The notes under the pieces: model-generated | What the model was told of the DNA's origin: nothing | The model's input: only the letters and a program-made list of their open reading frames with translations | Database searches by the model: none | Translations under genes and position numbers: made by a program | Shown: one piece after another, positions 8,374 through 17,801 of the stretch | Position numbering within the stretch: position 1 is the stretch's first letter | How the letters are laid out: each line of letters opens with the position of its first letter | From: Oscillospiraceae bacterium | GTDB taxonomy: Bacteria > Bacillota > Clostridia > Oscillospirales > CAG-272 | DNA length: 64,000 bases | Reading direction: 5' to 3' | NCBI GenBank assembly: GCA_015065285.1 | Contig: SVQP01000002.1 | Coordinates: 40,209 to 104,208 of the forward strand

Positions 8374-9858
8374 ATGGAGTACGTGCTGGAAATGCGGGAT
8401 ATTGTCAAGTCCTTTCCCGGTGTCCGCGCGCTGGACGGAGCGCAGCTGTGTGTCCGCCCGGGCAGCGTGCATGCGCTCATGGGGGAAAACGGGGCAGGCA
8501 AATCCACGTTGATGAAGTGCCTGTTCGGCATTTATCAAAAGGATGGCGGCAGCATTCGTGTCATGGGAAAAGAGGTCAATTTCAAAAATCCTGCAGACGC
8601 CATGAAAAACGGGGTTTCTATGGTGCATCAGGAGCTTAATCAGGCTCTGCGGCGCAGCGTGGCGGATAATATCTGGCTTGGTCGCTATCCCACAAGGCTG
8701 GGGCTTGTACGCGCGAGGTATATGGACAAGAGAACCAGAGAGCTTTTTGAGGATCTTGAGGTGGACGTAGACCCTGCGCGCATCATCGGCACCTTGTCGG
8801 TGGCGCAAAGGCAGATGGTGGAGATTGCCAAGGCGGTCTCATACGATGCCAAGATCCTGGTGCTGGATGAGCCTACCTCGTCCTTGGCGGATCGTGAGGT
8901 GGCGCACTTGTTCCGCATTATCAAAAAGCTGCGCGAGCGTGGCTGCGGCATTATTTATATCTCGCATAAAATGGATGAGATCCTTGCTGTATCGGATGAG
9001 GTCAGCGTCATGCGTGACGGCAAATATATCTCCACCGATGCGGCAAGCACGCTGACCACACAAAAAATCATTGCCAAAATGGTGGGCAGAGATCTCTCGC
9101 AGCTCTATCCCGAGCAAAACAGAGAACGTGGCGAGGCGCTTTTGAAGGTCACGGATCTTTGCGGTCCGGGGCTCGAGAAGGTCTCCTTTACCCTGCATCG
9201 CGGTGAGGTGCTGGGGCTTTGCGGATTGGTGGGCGCGGGGAGAACCGAGATTTTGGAAACGCTGTTTGGCATGCGCAAGTGCACGGGCGGCAGCGTGGAG
9301 CTTGACGGCAAGCAAATGCACGTCAAAAAGCCGTCGGATGCCATTGCATCGGGTCTTGCGCTGCTGACCGAGGAGCGGCGTGCCACCGGCATTTTCGGTG
9401 GGCTTTCACTGACCGATAATGCTTGTATTGCAAGGCTTTCGCGCTATCGCGGTGCGCTTGGGCTTTTGCGCACGGGGCGCATGGGTGCGGATACCGACAA
9501 GATCATATCGGATCTGCGCGTCAAGGCACCGGGCAAACACACAAAGATCAAGCTGCTCTCGGGTGGCAACCAGCAAAAGGTGATTCTCGGCAGGTGGCTT
9601 TTGACACAGCCCGAGGTGCTATTGTTGGATGAGCCCTGCCGCGGTGTGGACGTGGGCGCAAAATCCGAGATCTATGCCCTGATCGCAAAGCTGGCGGATG
9701 CGGGAAAGGGCATTGTCATGGTGTCAAGTGAGATGCCCGAGCTGATCGGTATGTGTGATCGCATACTGGTCATTTCGGGTGGCAGAGTGGCAGGCGAGCT
9801 TGTGCGCGGAGAATACAGCGAGCAGGCTCTGATGGCGCTTGCTGCCAAATACGTGTGA
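8374..9858 (+). CDS. mglA: sugar ABC transporter ATP-binding protein (duplicated ATPase)
   Basis: 494 aa. SFPGVRALDGAQLCVRPGSVHALMGENGAGKSTLMKCLFGIYQKDGG is very close to the MglA N-terminus. A second ABC domain is present. Confidence 0.85.
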   Translation: MEYVLEMRDIVKSFPGVRALDGAQLCVRPGSVHALMGENGAGKSTLMKCLFGIYQKDGGSIRVMGKEVNFKNPADAMKNGVSMVHQELNQALRRSVADNIWLGRYPTRLGLVRARYMDKRTRELFEDLEVDVDPARIIGTLSVAQRQMVEIAKAVSYDAKILVLDEPTSSLADREVAHLFRIIKKLRERGCGIIYISHKMDEILAVSDEVSVMRDGKYISTDAASTLTTQKIIAKMVGRDLSQLYPEQNRERGEALLKVTDLCGPGLEKVSFTLHRGEVLGLCGLVGAGRTEILETLFGMRKCTGGSVELDGKQMHVKKPSDAIASGLALLTEERRATGIFGGLSLTDNACIARLSRYRGALGLLRTGRMGADTDKIISDLRVKAPGKHTKIKLLSGGNQQKVILGRWLLTQPEVLLLDEPCRGVDVGAKSEIYALIAKLADAGKGIVMVSSEMPELIGMCDRILVISGGRVAGELVRGEYSEQALMALAAKYV

Positions 9859-9870
9859 TGGAGAGGGATT

Positions 9871-10959
9871 ATGGAGAGAAAAGAAATAGGCGCCTTGGCA
9901 AGGGCGCGGTCAAGTCTTGGCAATTTCAAGGCGCTGCCCGGCAAGGATAAGGCGCGGGTCATCAAAAACGGTGTGCTGGATCACGCCCTGTATATATTGA
10001 TCGCGGTATTTGTCATCGCGGTATTTGCCTATAATCCAAGCTTTCTGTCAGCGGATTCGGTGGTCAATATTCTCATGCAGTCTGCCTCGCGCCTGATCAT
10101 GGCGCTGGGTGTGGCGGGCATCATTGTGCTCACAGGTACAGATCTGTCCGCAGGACGCTGTCTGGGTCTTTGCGCCTGCATCTGCGCGTCTATTTTGCAG
10201 TCGAATGCGGTGGCAAGCAAAATGTTTCCTGCGCTGTCCTATTCGCCGTGGCTGATTCCGTTGGCACTTTTGCTTGTCATGCTGGTGGGCGGCTTGGTGG
10301 GCGCGTTTAACGGGTTTATGGTATCAAAATTCAAGCTGCACCCGTTTATCGTCACGCTGGGCACACAGCTGATCTTGTATGGCGGTGTGATGTGGTACGT
10401 GTCCTTGGGGCAGAACAACAGCGCACCCATTGCGGGGCTGGATCCAAGCTATACGAGCCTTGTCACGGGCGGCATCAATATAGGTGGCGTACAGCTGCCC
10501 AACTATTTGTGGATCGCGGTGGCTGTGACCGTGATTGTGTGGATCGTGTGGAACAAGACCGTGCTTGGCAAAAACATGTTTGCTGTGGGCACCAATCCCG
10601 AGGCGGCTGCCGTTTCGGGTGTCAGCGTGGCAAAAACCATTATCAGCGTGTTTGTGCTGGCTGGGGTTTTGTACGGTGTGTCCGCGTTTGTCGAGTGCGC
10701 CAGAGTGTCCTCCAACTCCACGGCTACGGGCGTCAATTATGAGCTGGATGCCATTGCCGCGTGCGTTATCGGTGGTGTTTCGTTTATGGGCGGTGTGGGC
10801 AAGATCCGCGGAGTGCTGTTGGGTGTATTTTTGCTGCAGTTGGTCAATGCGGGGCTTGTGTTCCTCAATTTCGAGCCCGCCATCATGACGGTGATCAAGG
10901 GTGCGATCATTCTGATCGCTTGCGCGTTGGATATGCGCAAGCATATTGCCAAAACGTAA
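9871..10959 (+). CDS. mglC: sugar ABC transporter permease
   Basis: 362 aa, polytopic, with the LTGGIDLS-like motif (LTGTDLSAG) of the MglC/RbsC family. Confidence 0.8.
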   Translation: MERKEIGALARARSSLGNFKALPGKDKARVIKNGVLDHALYILIAVFVIAVFAYNPSFLSADSVVNILMQSASRLIMALGVAGIIVLTGTDLSAGRCLGLCACICASILQSNAVASKMFPALSYSPWLIPLALLLVMLVGGLVGAFNGFMVSKFKLHPFIVTLGTQLILYGGVMWYVSLGQNNSAPIAGLDPSYTSLVTGGINIGGVQLPNYLWIAVAVTVIVWIVWNKTVLGKNMFAVGTNPEAAAVSGVSVAKTIISVFVLAGVLYGVSAFVECARVSSNSTATGVNYELDAIAACVIGGVSFMGGVGKIRGVLLGVFLLQLVNAGLVFLNFEPAIMTVIKGAIILIACALDMRKHIAKT

Positions 10960-11004
10960 TCATTCTCCGCATCCTTGGAACGAAAGTTTTTGATTGACCT
11001 TTTT
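10950..11004 (+). repeat. 55-bp direct repeat, copy 1 (mglC stop codon + left arm of terminator)
   Basis: caaaacgtaatcattctccgcatccttggaacgaaagtttttgattgaccttttt recurs 306 bp downstream with one mismatch. Confidence 0.9.
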
Positions 11005-11255
11005 TCAGAAAAGCATGGTGGCGTGTGAATGTTGTCATACTTTCGAGTGTTTCTGACGCCACCCTGATGTTGGGCTTCTGCGAAGTCCAACATCTAAAAC
11101 TCAACCGGCAGCGCCCTCGTCGCGCCCGCAGGCGCGAAATATGCTCGGCGTTTTTGGTTCTTTTTGCGCCCGCAGTGCCAAAAAGAACGGAGAGAAATTT
11201 CTCAACGCAAAAAATCAGGAAGCTACTTACAAAAAGCAGCTTCCTTTTTCGTTTG

Positions 11256-11310
11256 CAAAACGTAATCATTCTCCGCACCCTTGGAACGAAAGTTTTTGAT
11301 TGACCTTTTT
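11256..11310 (+). repeat. 55-bp direct repeat, copy 2
   Basis: Same sequence as 10950-11004 except t->c at 11278. Here it continues into the complete hairpin. Confidence 0.9.
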
Positions 11311-11334
11311 GAAAAAAGGTCAATCAAAAACTTT
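11289..11334. terminator. long AT-rich hairpin, bidirectional terminator between mglC and ddh
   Basis: aaagtttttgattgaccttttt / aaaaaggtcaatcaaaaacttt forms a near-perfect stem of about 21 bp. Confidence 0.75.
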
Positions 11335-11350
11335 TATCCTATAAAGATAG

Positions 11351-12322
11351 TTACAAGAGATGCGCGTACAAATCCTCCGGGCTCTCGGGGGAGAGCAGGA
11401 TGGGAGGAATATCAAAGGCTGTCTTGCAGCCAACCTCGCCCATTTGTCCCAGACGGTATGCCGCTCTTGCGAAGGCGACAAGAATACTGCCCGTAAAATC
11501 GGGATTGGACTCCAGATTCAGCTTGTATTCGATGGTATGCGCAGAGCCCGTTGCTGCCTTGCCCGCATGAATGACCGTGCCGCCGTGCGGCAGACCGCCA
11601 TGCTCGCGGTGCAACTGCTCCAAGGAAACGAAGTGCACCGTGGTTTTATAAGGCGCAAAATAGTCGGGCATGGTGATGATGGCTTGCTCGATTGCTGCCT
11701 GATCCGCGCCCTCCTTGATGGCTACGTAGCAAACGCGCTCGTGCATATCTGCCGCGCCGAGCGCAGGCATTTCGCCATGTTTGACGCGCTCCATTGCCGC
11801 TGAGATCGGCACTGTATACTGTCTTGCATCGGCAACGCCTTCGATGCGGCGAATGGCATCCGAGTGTCCTTGGCTGACGCCCGTCCCCCAAAAGGTGTAG
11901 CTCTTGCCTTCAGGCAACATGCTTTGCGCGTAAAGTCTTGTCAGCGAAAACATACCGGGATCCCAGCCAACCGAAATCACTGCCACCTTGCCGCCCTTAC
12001 GTGCCGCTGCATCTACGCACGCGCGGTGCGTAAGGATCTTTGCATGCGTGTCAAAGCTGTCCACCACGTGGAATTGCTCAGCCAGTGCAGGGGTAGAGTG
12101 AGGAAGATCGGTTGCAGATCCTCCGCAGTTGATCACGACGTCAATCTGCTCCGCCATGCTCTGCAAATCGTTCAGGGAGTAAACGAAAATCCCCGTCGCA
12201 CTCTGCACGCTTGCGGGATCGCGACGTGTGAAAATGCCCACAGCCTCCATATCGGGCGCGGCAGTCAGCGCAGCTTCCACACCGCGACCGAGGTTACCGT
12301 ACCCCACAATTGCTATCTTCAT
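11351..12322 (-). CDS. ddh: meso-diaminopimelate D-dehydrogenase
   Basis: 323 aa. VGYGNLGR, GWDPGMFS, FWGTGVSQGHSDA and NPDFT motifs match the Corynebacterium-type Ddh as I recall it. Confidence 0.9.
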   Translation of the reverse strand: MKIAIVGYGNLGRGVEAALTAAPDMEAVGIFTRRDPASVQSATGIFVYSLNDLQSMAEQIDVVINCGGSATDLPHSTPALAEQFHVVDSFDTHAKILTHRACVDAAARKGGKVAVISVGWDPGMFSLTRLYAQSMLPEGKSYTFWGTGVSQGHSDAIRRIEGVADARQYTVPISAAMERVKHGEMPALGAADMHERVCYVAIKEGADQAAIEQAIITMPDYFAPYKTTVHFVSLEQLHREHGGLPHGGTVIHAGKAATGSAHTIEYKLNLESNPDFTGSILVAFARAAYRLGQMGEVGCKTAFDIPPILLSPESPEDLYAHLL

Positions 12323-13070
12323 AATCCTTCTCCTGATTCAGCTCGTCCAGCATGCTCTGCATGCCGTAAAGCCCGGGGGTCTTGCCCCGAATATAAGCCG
12401 CCGCGGTTAAAGCACCCTCGGCAAATAAAGCACGGGTATGCGCCTTGTGCTCCAGCACAAGGGTCTGGCTGTCGGTGCAAATGCAAACCTTGTGCTCACC
12501 CACCACGTTTCCCATGCGAACGGCAGAAATGCCAATGTCCTGCGGCTCTCGCTTGCCCTGACCGCTGCGACCAAGCACCTTGTGTGCGTCGGGGCGCACC
12601 TCGCAAATGGCATCTGCCAGCATCAGTGCCGTGCCGCTGGGCGCATCCACCTTGTGCTTGTGGTGCACCTCAATAATCTCAATATCCGCGTCGGGGAAGG
12701 CGCGCGCTGCCTGCTTTGCCAGCTGCAAAAGCACCGCAATACCTACCGACATATTGCCCGAATGGAATACGGGCACGTGCGCAGCCGCTGCCTTGACGTG
12801 CTCCAGCTGCTCCTTTGTGTGACCCGTTGTGCCAATGACGCAGGGCGTGCCGGTTGCCACGGCATAGTCCAGCACCGCATCGGTTGCGCTCATGTGCGAA
12901 AAATCCACGATCACGTCCACCGCCTCACCGCACTCGGCAGGGGTGTGGGGGAAGAGATCGGAGCACGCATCCACGCCAACGTAAGCGTCAGCGCCCGCGT
13001 AGCCGTTCTGCGTAAGCGTCATGAGCTCCTTTCCCATGCGACCCGCAGCACCGATGATCATAATTTTCAT
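12294..13070 (-). CDS. dapB: 4-hydroxy-tetrahydrodipicolinate reductase
   Basis: 258 aa. GAAGRMG N-terminus and E(V/A)HHxxKxDAPSGTA motif (EVHHKHKVDAPSGTA). Confidence 0.9.
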   Translation of the reverse strand: MKIMIIGAAGRMGKELMTLTQNGYAGADAYVGVDACSDLFPHTPAECGEAVDVIVDFSHMSATDAVLDYAVATGTPCVIGTTGHTKEQLEHVKAAAAHVPVFHSGNMSVGIAVLLQLAKQAARAFPDADIEIIEVHHKHKVDAPSGTALMLADAICEVRPDAHKVLGRSGQGKREPQDIGISAVRMGNVVGEHKVCICTDSQTLVLEHKAHTRALFAEGALTAAAYIRGKTPGLYGMQSMLDELNQEKDYEDSNCGVR

Positions 13071-13960
13071 ACGTCAATTCCTGCCTCTCTCATGCGTGCG
13101 TAAAGGATCTCGGCATGTGCTTCTTCCATCTCGGTCAGGGGCAGACGAATGGCAGGGGAGCAAAGTCCCATCTTTGCCATGGCAGCCTTAACGGGAATGG
13201 GATTTACCTCGGAGAACAGCGCCTTGATCAGGGGCAGCAGCTTGCACTGCAGCGCGGCAGCACCCTTGACGTCACCCTGCTCGAACAGCGTGCAGATCTG
13301 CTTGGTCTCGCGGGGCAGAATGTTGGAGAGCACTGAAATGCAGCCCACACCGCCCATAGACATGACGGGCACGATCTGGTCGTCGTTACCCGAGTAAAGA
13401 TCCATCTTGTCGCCCACCAGCGCAGCGGTTTCCACAATGGCACCGATGTCGCCGTTGGCTTCCTTGATTGCCACAATGTTGGGATGCTCTGCAAGCTTTG
13501 CATAGGTTGCGGGCGCAATTGCGCAGCCGGTTCTGGAGGGCACGTTGTATGCGATGATAGGCTTATCCGAGCTGTCAGCAATGGCGTTGAACATCTTGAC
13601 AAGACCGTTTTGCGTTGCCTTGTTGTAGTAGGGGGTTACAACCAGCATGGCGTCTGCCCCAACCTCTGCGGAAAAGCGGGTCAGATCGCATGCGTATGCG
13701 GTGTCGTTACTGCCCGTGCCCGCAATGATGGGGATGCGATGTGCTGCGCGCTCCACGGAGAAGCGAATCACCTGGCGGTGCTCCTCGTCGGTCAGGGTCG
13801 AGCCCTCGCCCGTAGTGCCTGCAATCACCAAAGCGTCAATGCCGCACGCAATCTGCCAATCGATCAGCTTGCCAAGTGCCTCGTAATCCACGCTGCCGTC
13901 TGCATGCATGGGGGTGATCAGGGCTGTTGCAATGCCCTTGAAAATCGGTGTGTGTGCCAT
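13067..13960 (-). CDS. dapA: 4-hydroxy-tetrahydrodipicolinate synthase
   Basis: 297 aa. GTTGEGSTL and YNVPSRTG motifs. ATG 13960 follows aaaggaag. Confidence 0.9.
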   Translation of the reverse strand: MAHTPIFKGIATALITPMHADGSVDYEALGKLIDWQIACGIDALVIAGTTGEGSTLTDEEHRQVIRFSVERAAHRIPIIAGTGSNDTAYACDLTRFSAEVGADAMLVVTPYYNKATQNGLVKMFNAIADSSDKPIIAYNVPSRTGCAIAPATYAKLAEHPNIVAIKEANGDIGAIVETAALVGDKMDLYSGNDDQIVPVMSMGGVGCISVLSNILPRETKQICTLFEQGDVKGAAALQCKLLPLIKALFSEVNPIPVKAAMAKMGLCSPAIRLPLTEMEEAHAEILYARMREAGIDV

Positions 13961-13991
13961 AATTCAAACTTCCTTTATATCACAAATTTTA

Positions 13992-14036
13992 AAACAAAAT
14001 CAAAGAGTGCTTCCCGTGCACAGGGAAGCACTCTTG
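13992..14036 (-). terminator. riboswitch expression-platform terminator
   Basis: Minus strand: agagtgcttccc-tgtgcac-gggaagcactct followed by ttgattttgtttt. It lies between the L-box aptamer and the dapA SD. Confidence 0.8.
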
Positions 14037-14039
14037 CAT

Positions 14040-14248
14040 ATCTTTTTCCGAAAAGCCCGGATCAAATGCTATGCCAAAGAGAAGCACCCCGCGATTTTTC
14101 GCGACAGTCGAACGGCACTTAGTCCGCTCGCCCAACCAAATCCGCCGCACCTGCGGATGGCTTCGGCACCGCGCCCCTTTCGCTCACCAACGGCTGTGCT
14201 GCCTGTTCCGATGAGGTACTGTTTGCGCCGTGCGCCTCGACTCTTATG
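14040..14248 (-). promoter_or_regulatory. lysine riboswitch (L-box) aptamer
   Basis: The minus strand carries the conserved L-box blocks in order: GAGGCGC, AGTA, GGAA, GAAAGGGGCGCGGTGCCGAAG, TTGG, ACTGTCG, closing ...GGGGTGCTTCTCTT. The genes downstream are for lysine biosynthesis. Confidence 0.85.
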
Positions 14249-14253
14249 TCAAG

Positions 14254-14282
14254 ATTATAAATGATTCTGTCTTGCTTGTCAA
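14254..14282 (-). promoter_or_regulatory. sigma-A type promoter of L-box/dapA-dapB-ddh
   Basis: The minus strand reads TTGACA-17 nt-TATAAT immediately upstream of the riboswitch. Confidence 0.7.
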
Positions 14283-14304
14283 TACCATTTGCAAAACTTG
14301 CAAA

Positions 14305-15063
14305 TTATTTTTGCCCGTAAGCCTCCAGCGCTGCAATATCCTTTTTGTCGGGCGTGCTGCAAAGAATTCTGCGCTCGTTGCCGTACAGATAGATCAGCAG
14401 CGTGCCAAGCGGCTCTTGCTCGTAGTCAATATCCTCGTTGAAGTAAACGTCCACGTAAACGGTCAGGATCTCGGGCTTCATGATGGGATTGCCATGTTCG
14501 TCAAAGCCGTCGCAGATGTCAATGCCGTCAAAGGTCAATCTCTCGTAGTTGTAAAGATTTTTGGTATCCTTGACGCAGGACGTGGGCTGGTAGCGCTCGA
14601 ATCTGACGCACTCGGGATTATTGAGCGCGTTGTCCTCAGTATTCTCGGGTGTCAGGTCGTAGGCAATGGTGAGCGTGACGTCAAACCAATCCTTGCCGCG
14701 CTCCAATGGCTCGGGCTTACCGTAGTCCTCTGCCACGTATTTGAGCGTGCTGTTGTTGTAGCGGAAGGTGATCTGCAGCTGATCTGCCGCAGGGATAAAT
14801 TCGCTTTGTGTGACTGCGAAATAGCCCTTGGAGGGACCCTCGCGAATGATGATGTCATGCTGCTGGTGCAGGATCTGCAGCTGCTCGCCCTGTTCTTGGT
14901 AAGCCTGATAAAGCTGCTCGTTTGGCTGCAGTACGGTCATGGAGGCAGGATCTCCCGAGGAGAGAATGCGCCAGAGCAGCACGCCCACCACAGAGAAGAT
15001 CATCGCACCCACAAGAATGCGGATCGCCCAGCCGATAATACGGGATTGAGTGGATTTTGCCAT
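14305..15063 (-). CDS. hypothetical protein with N-terminal membrane anchor
   Basis: 252 aa with one N-terminal TM (IIGWAIRILVGAMIFSVVGVLLW). Tightly spaced after ruvX. I recognise no family. Confidence 0.7.
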   Translation of the reverse strand: MAKSTQSRIIGWAIRILVGAMIFSVVGVLLWRILSSGDPASMTVLQPNEQLYQAYQEQGEQLQILHQQHDIIIREGPSKGYFAVTQSEFIPAADQLQITFRYNNSTLKYVAEDYGKPEPLERGKDWFDVTLTIAYDLTPENTEDNALNNPECVRFERYQPTSCVKDTKNLYNYERLTFDGIDICDGFDEHGNPIMKPEILTVYVDVYFNEDIDYEQEPLGTLLIYLYGNERRILCSTPDKKDIAALEAYGQK

Positions 15064-15075
15064 GATTTGATTCCT

Positions 15076-15525
15076 TTAATTCATATATTTCAGTTTATCC
15101 AGCGCGTTTTGGAGAATGATCTCGGCAGAGAGCGTGTCAATCACCTGCTTTCTCTTTTGCCCGCGCGTGTCTGTTTCGTTTAAATAGCGGGAGGCAGCCA
15201 TGGTGGTCATGCGCTCATCCAGCATTGCCACGTGGATCCCTTCGCCAAGCTTGAATTGCAGAATAGAGGCGAATTTCTGCGCGTGCTGCGCACGGGGGCC
15301 AAACGAGCCGTCCATATTGACCGGCACGCCCACCACCACGCCAACCACACCAAGCTCGCGCGCGATCTCGGCAGTGCGCTCTGCGGTCTTTTCCATACCG
15401 CCCACGGAAATGGTCTGTCTGCCGGATGCCATGGAGCGCATGCTGTCACACACGGCAATGCCGGTGCGCTTATCGCCAAAGTCCACGCCCAGCAGTTTCC
15501 CCTTGGTTTGCTTGAGTATCTGCAT
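15076..15525 (-). CDS. ruvX: Holliday junction resolvase-like nuclease RuvX/YqgF
   Basis: 149 aa with the LGVDFGDKRTGIAV motif. Confidence 0.9.
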   Translation of the reverse strand: MQILKQTKGKLLGVDFGDKRTGIAVCDSMRSMASGRQTISVGGMEKTAERTAEIARELGVVGVVVGVPVNMDGSFGPRAQHAQKFASILQFKLGEGIHVAMLDERMTTMAASRYLNETDTRGQKRKQVIDTLSAEIILQNALDKLKYMN

Positions 15526-15529
15526 GGTC

Positions 15530-16462
15530 TTACCTCTTGATCATGCGGCGTATGACGTTGCACACGCACAAGTAGAAGTTGTCATTATCGGTTTCGTTGT
15601 GCGGCTCGTGTCTCATGCCCTCAAGGTACATAGAGGAAAGCTCGGTAGCGCCTGCTTCGCGCAATCTTGCCTCCACGTGGCGCACGCCCTTGCCAAAGTT
15701 GCCAACGGGGTCGTTTTCACCCGAAACGATCAGCATGGGGAGATCCGGCGGCATCTTTTTTGCCCAGCTTTTGTCCGAAACGTAGCCGAGCAGGGTAAAG
15801 AGCGTCAGGTAGCCGTTGACCGTGAAGCGATAGCTGCAGAAAGGATCTGCGTTGTATTTTTCGATGACCGCGCGGTCCCGGGTCAGCCATGCATTCTTGA
15901 TGCCCTCGCTTTCAAAGGGCTTGTCGTAAGAGCCAAAGGCAATGTTGTAAAGCAGATTCGAGCGGTTGTGCTTGCCAAAAAGTCCAAGCACGCGACAAAG
16001 CAGCTTGCCTGCTCCCGTGGGAGCCTCGGGACCTGCAGTGCCGGAAATCACGGCTGCATTCCATGCGTCCTTGTATTCGGTCAGTGCCCAGCGTGCGATA
16101 AAGGAGCCCATGCTGTGACCGTACAGAATGACGGGCAGGGAGGGGAAGGTCTTTTTGATCCAGCCGTTGACGGCATATACGTCCTTGACTAAGCACAGTG
16201 CGGGGTTTTTGGCATCGGTAATGTAGCCAAGCTCGTCGGAAGAGCGCGCGGTGTGACCGTGACCGAGGTGGTCGTGTCCCACTACGGCAAAGCCCGCATC
16301 GCACATGCGATAGGCAAATGTTTCATAGCGCAGCACGTATTCGCACATACCGTGCGAGAGTTGGATCACGCCAATCGGCTGCTCGGGTGTCCAGCACCAA
16401 GCGGCAAGCGTATGAGAGCCATCCGAGGAGGGCAGGGTAAAGGCGGTTGCTGTATAAGTCAT
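15530..16462 (-). CDS. alpha/beta hydrolase (lysophospholipase/monoacylglycerol lipase-like)
   Basis: 310 aa with nucleophile elbow GHSMGS and an HGMCEY-type oxyanion region. Confidence 0.8.
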   Translation of the reverse strand: MTYTATAFTLPSSDGSHTLAAWCWTPEQPIGVIQLSHGMCEYVLRYETFAYRMCDAGFAVVGHDHLGHGHTARSSDELGYITDAKNPALCLVKDVYAVNGWIKKTFPSLPVILYGHSMGSFIARWALTEYKDAWNAAVISGTAGPEAPTGAGKLLCRVLGLFGKHNRSNLLYNIAFGSYDKPFESEGIKNAWLTRDRAVIEKYNADPFCSYRFTVNGYLTLFTLLGYVSDKSWAKKMPPDLPMLIVSGENDPVGNFGKGVRHVEARLREAGATELSSMYLEGMRHEPHNETDNDNFYLCVCNVIRRMIKR

Positions 16463-16476
16463 AGCGCGCTCCTTTC

Positions 16477-16803
16477 TTATCTTCCCGCAGTCAGCGAGAT
16501 CAAAAGCTTGAGATTGTCGGGTTGAACCTTGGCTTCGTGTGCTGCCTTGTTGCGGTGCAGCTCACCGCACCTCTGGCAGCGGTGCACGATCACATAGCCC
16601 TTTTTGGGGTCGGGCTCTACGCGCACAGGCTCCATCTGACCGCCGCAATCGCTTGCGCGGTCCCCGGGAAAAACGTCAAGGTGCATCGACCACAGGCAAA
16701 AGGGGCAGTGATTGCGTGAGGTATAGCCCAGCGGCTTGACCTCGCGTCCACAGTGGGCACAGATAAAGCCGTCGTCGTTTTTGGTAAATCGCTTTTGCTC
16801 CAT
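16477..16803 (-). CDS. RNHCP domain-containing zinc-ribbon protein
   Basis: 108 aa. It has the literal RNHCPFC motif plus CAHC and CQRC pairs. Confidence 0.8.
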   Translation of the reverse strand: MEQKRFTKNDDGFICAHCGREVKPLGYTSRNHCPFCLWSMHLDVFPGDRASDCGGQMEPVRVEPDPKKGYVIVHRCQRCGELHRNKAAHEAKVQPDNLKLLISLTAGR

Positions 16804-16899
16804 GGCAGCCTCCTTTGAGATATATTTAATATTATTTTAGTATATTTATATATCTTTGTCAAGATACAGATTGTGAACAAAGAAATCTGTTTGCGCTCC

Positions 16900-16929
16900 T
16901 TGACAAGCGGCGTGGGCGAATGGTATAAT
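16900..16929 (+). promoter_or_regulatory. candidate sigma-A promoter of split transketolase operon
   Basis: TTGACA-18 nt-TATAAT with TG upstream of the -10, 38 nt before ATG 16967. Confidence 0.55.
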
Positions 16930-16966
16930 AAAATGACAAAACGTTGCAACGAAAGGGGAATGTCCC

Positions 16967-17797
16967 ATGAACACACAAAAGCTGCAAATGCTCAAGGAAA
17001 AGGCAAAAGCGATCCGCCTTGGCGTACTGGAAGGAACGCATGCCGCAAAATCGGGTCACCCGGGTGGATCTATGTCCATTGCCGATCTGCTCGCATACCT
17101 GTATTTTGACCACATGAACGTTGATCCCGCGAACCCCAAGGATCCCGACCGTGACAGACTGGTGCTGTCCAAGGGTCACTGCGCGCCCGCTTTGTATGCG
17201 GCACTGGCAGAGAAGGGGTTCTTTGATAAGGCGCTGCTTTCTACGCTGCGCCAGCACGATTCGATTCTGCAGGGACATCCCGATATGAAGCACATTCCCG
17301 GCGTGGATATGTCCACGGGCTCGTTAGGACTCGGCTTCTCCGCTGCCTGCGGCATGGCACTGGCTGCCAAGCTGGACGGCAAGGATTACCGCACCTATGC
17401 CATCGTGGGTGACGGTGAGAGCGAAGAGGGTCAGATCTGGGAGGCTTGCATGTTTGCAGCCCACTACGCGCTGGATAACCTCTGCCTGATCATTGACTCT
17501 AACGGCTTGCAGATCGACGGTCCGGTTGCCGAGGTCATCGGCCCCGCGCCCTTTGAATCCAAGCTGGAGGCATTCGGATTTTTCGTACAGACCATCGACG
17601 GTCACGATTTTGACCAGATTGAGGAGGCTTTGGAAAAAGCCAAGGCGGTCAAGGGCGCACCCAGTGCCATCGTGATGAACACGACCAAGGGCAAGGGCGT
17701 TTCCTTTATGGAAAATCAGGTCAAGTGGCACGGCTCTGCTCCCAATGACGAGCAGTATGAGACTGCCGTGGCAGAATTGACTGCAAAGGAGGACTGA
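16967..17797 (+). CDS. transketolase, N-terminal subunit
   Basis: 276 aa with GHPGGSMS and VGDGESEEGQIWEA TPP-binding motifs. The split form is typical of Clostridia. Confidence 0.9.
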   Translation: MNTQKLQMLKEKAKAIRLGVLEGTHAAKSGHPGGSMSIADLLAYLYFDHMNVDPANPKDPDRDRLVLSKGHCAPALYAALAEKGFFDKALLSTLRQHDSILQGHPDMKHIPGVDMSTGSLGLGFSAACGMALAAKLDGKDYRTYAIVGDGESEEGQIWEACMFAAHYALDNLCLIIDSNGLQIDGPVAEVIGPAPFESKLEAFGFFVQTIDGHDFDQIEEALEKAKAVKGAPSAIVMNTTKGKGVSFMENQVKWHGSAPNDEQYETAVAELTAKED

Positions 17798-17801
17798 GCA
17801 G

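Noticed and set aside
10907-11323. 138-aa minus-strand ORF spanning the duplicated mglC terminator region
   Set aside because: Its repeated KGQSKTFVPR.RRMITF segment is just the translated 55-bp DNA duplication. It overlaps the mglC 3' end and has no SD.
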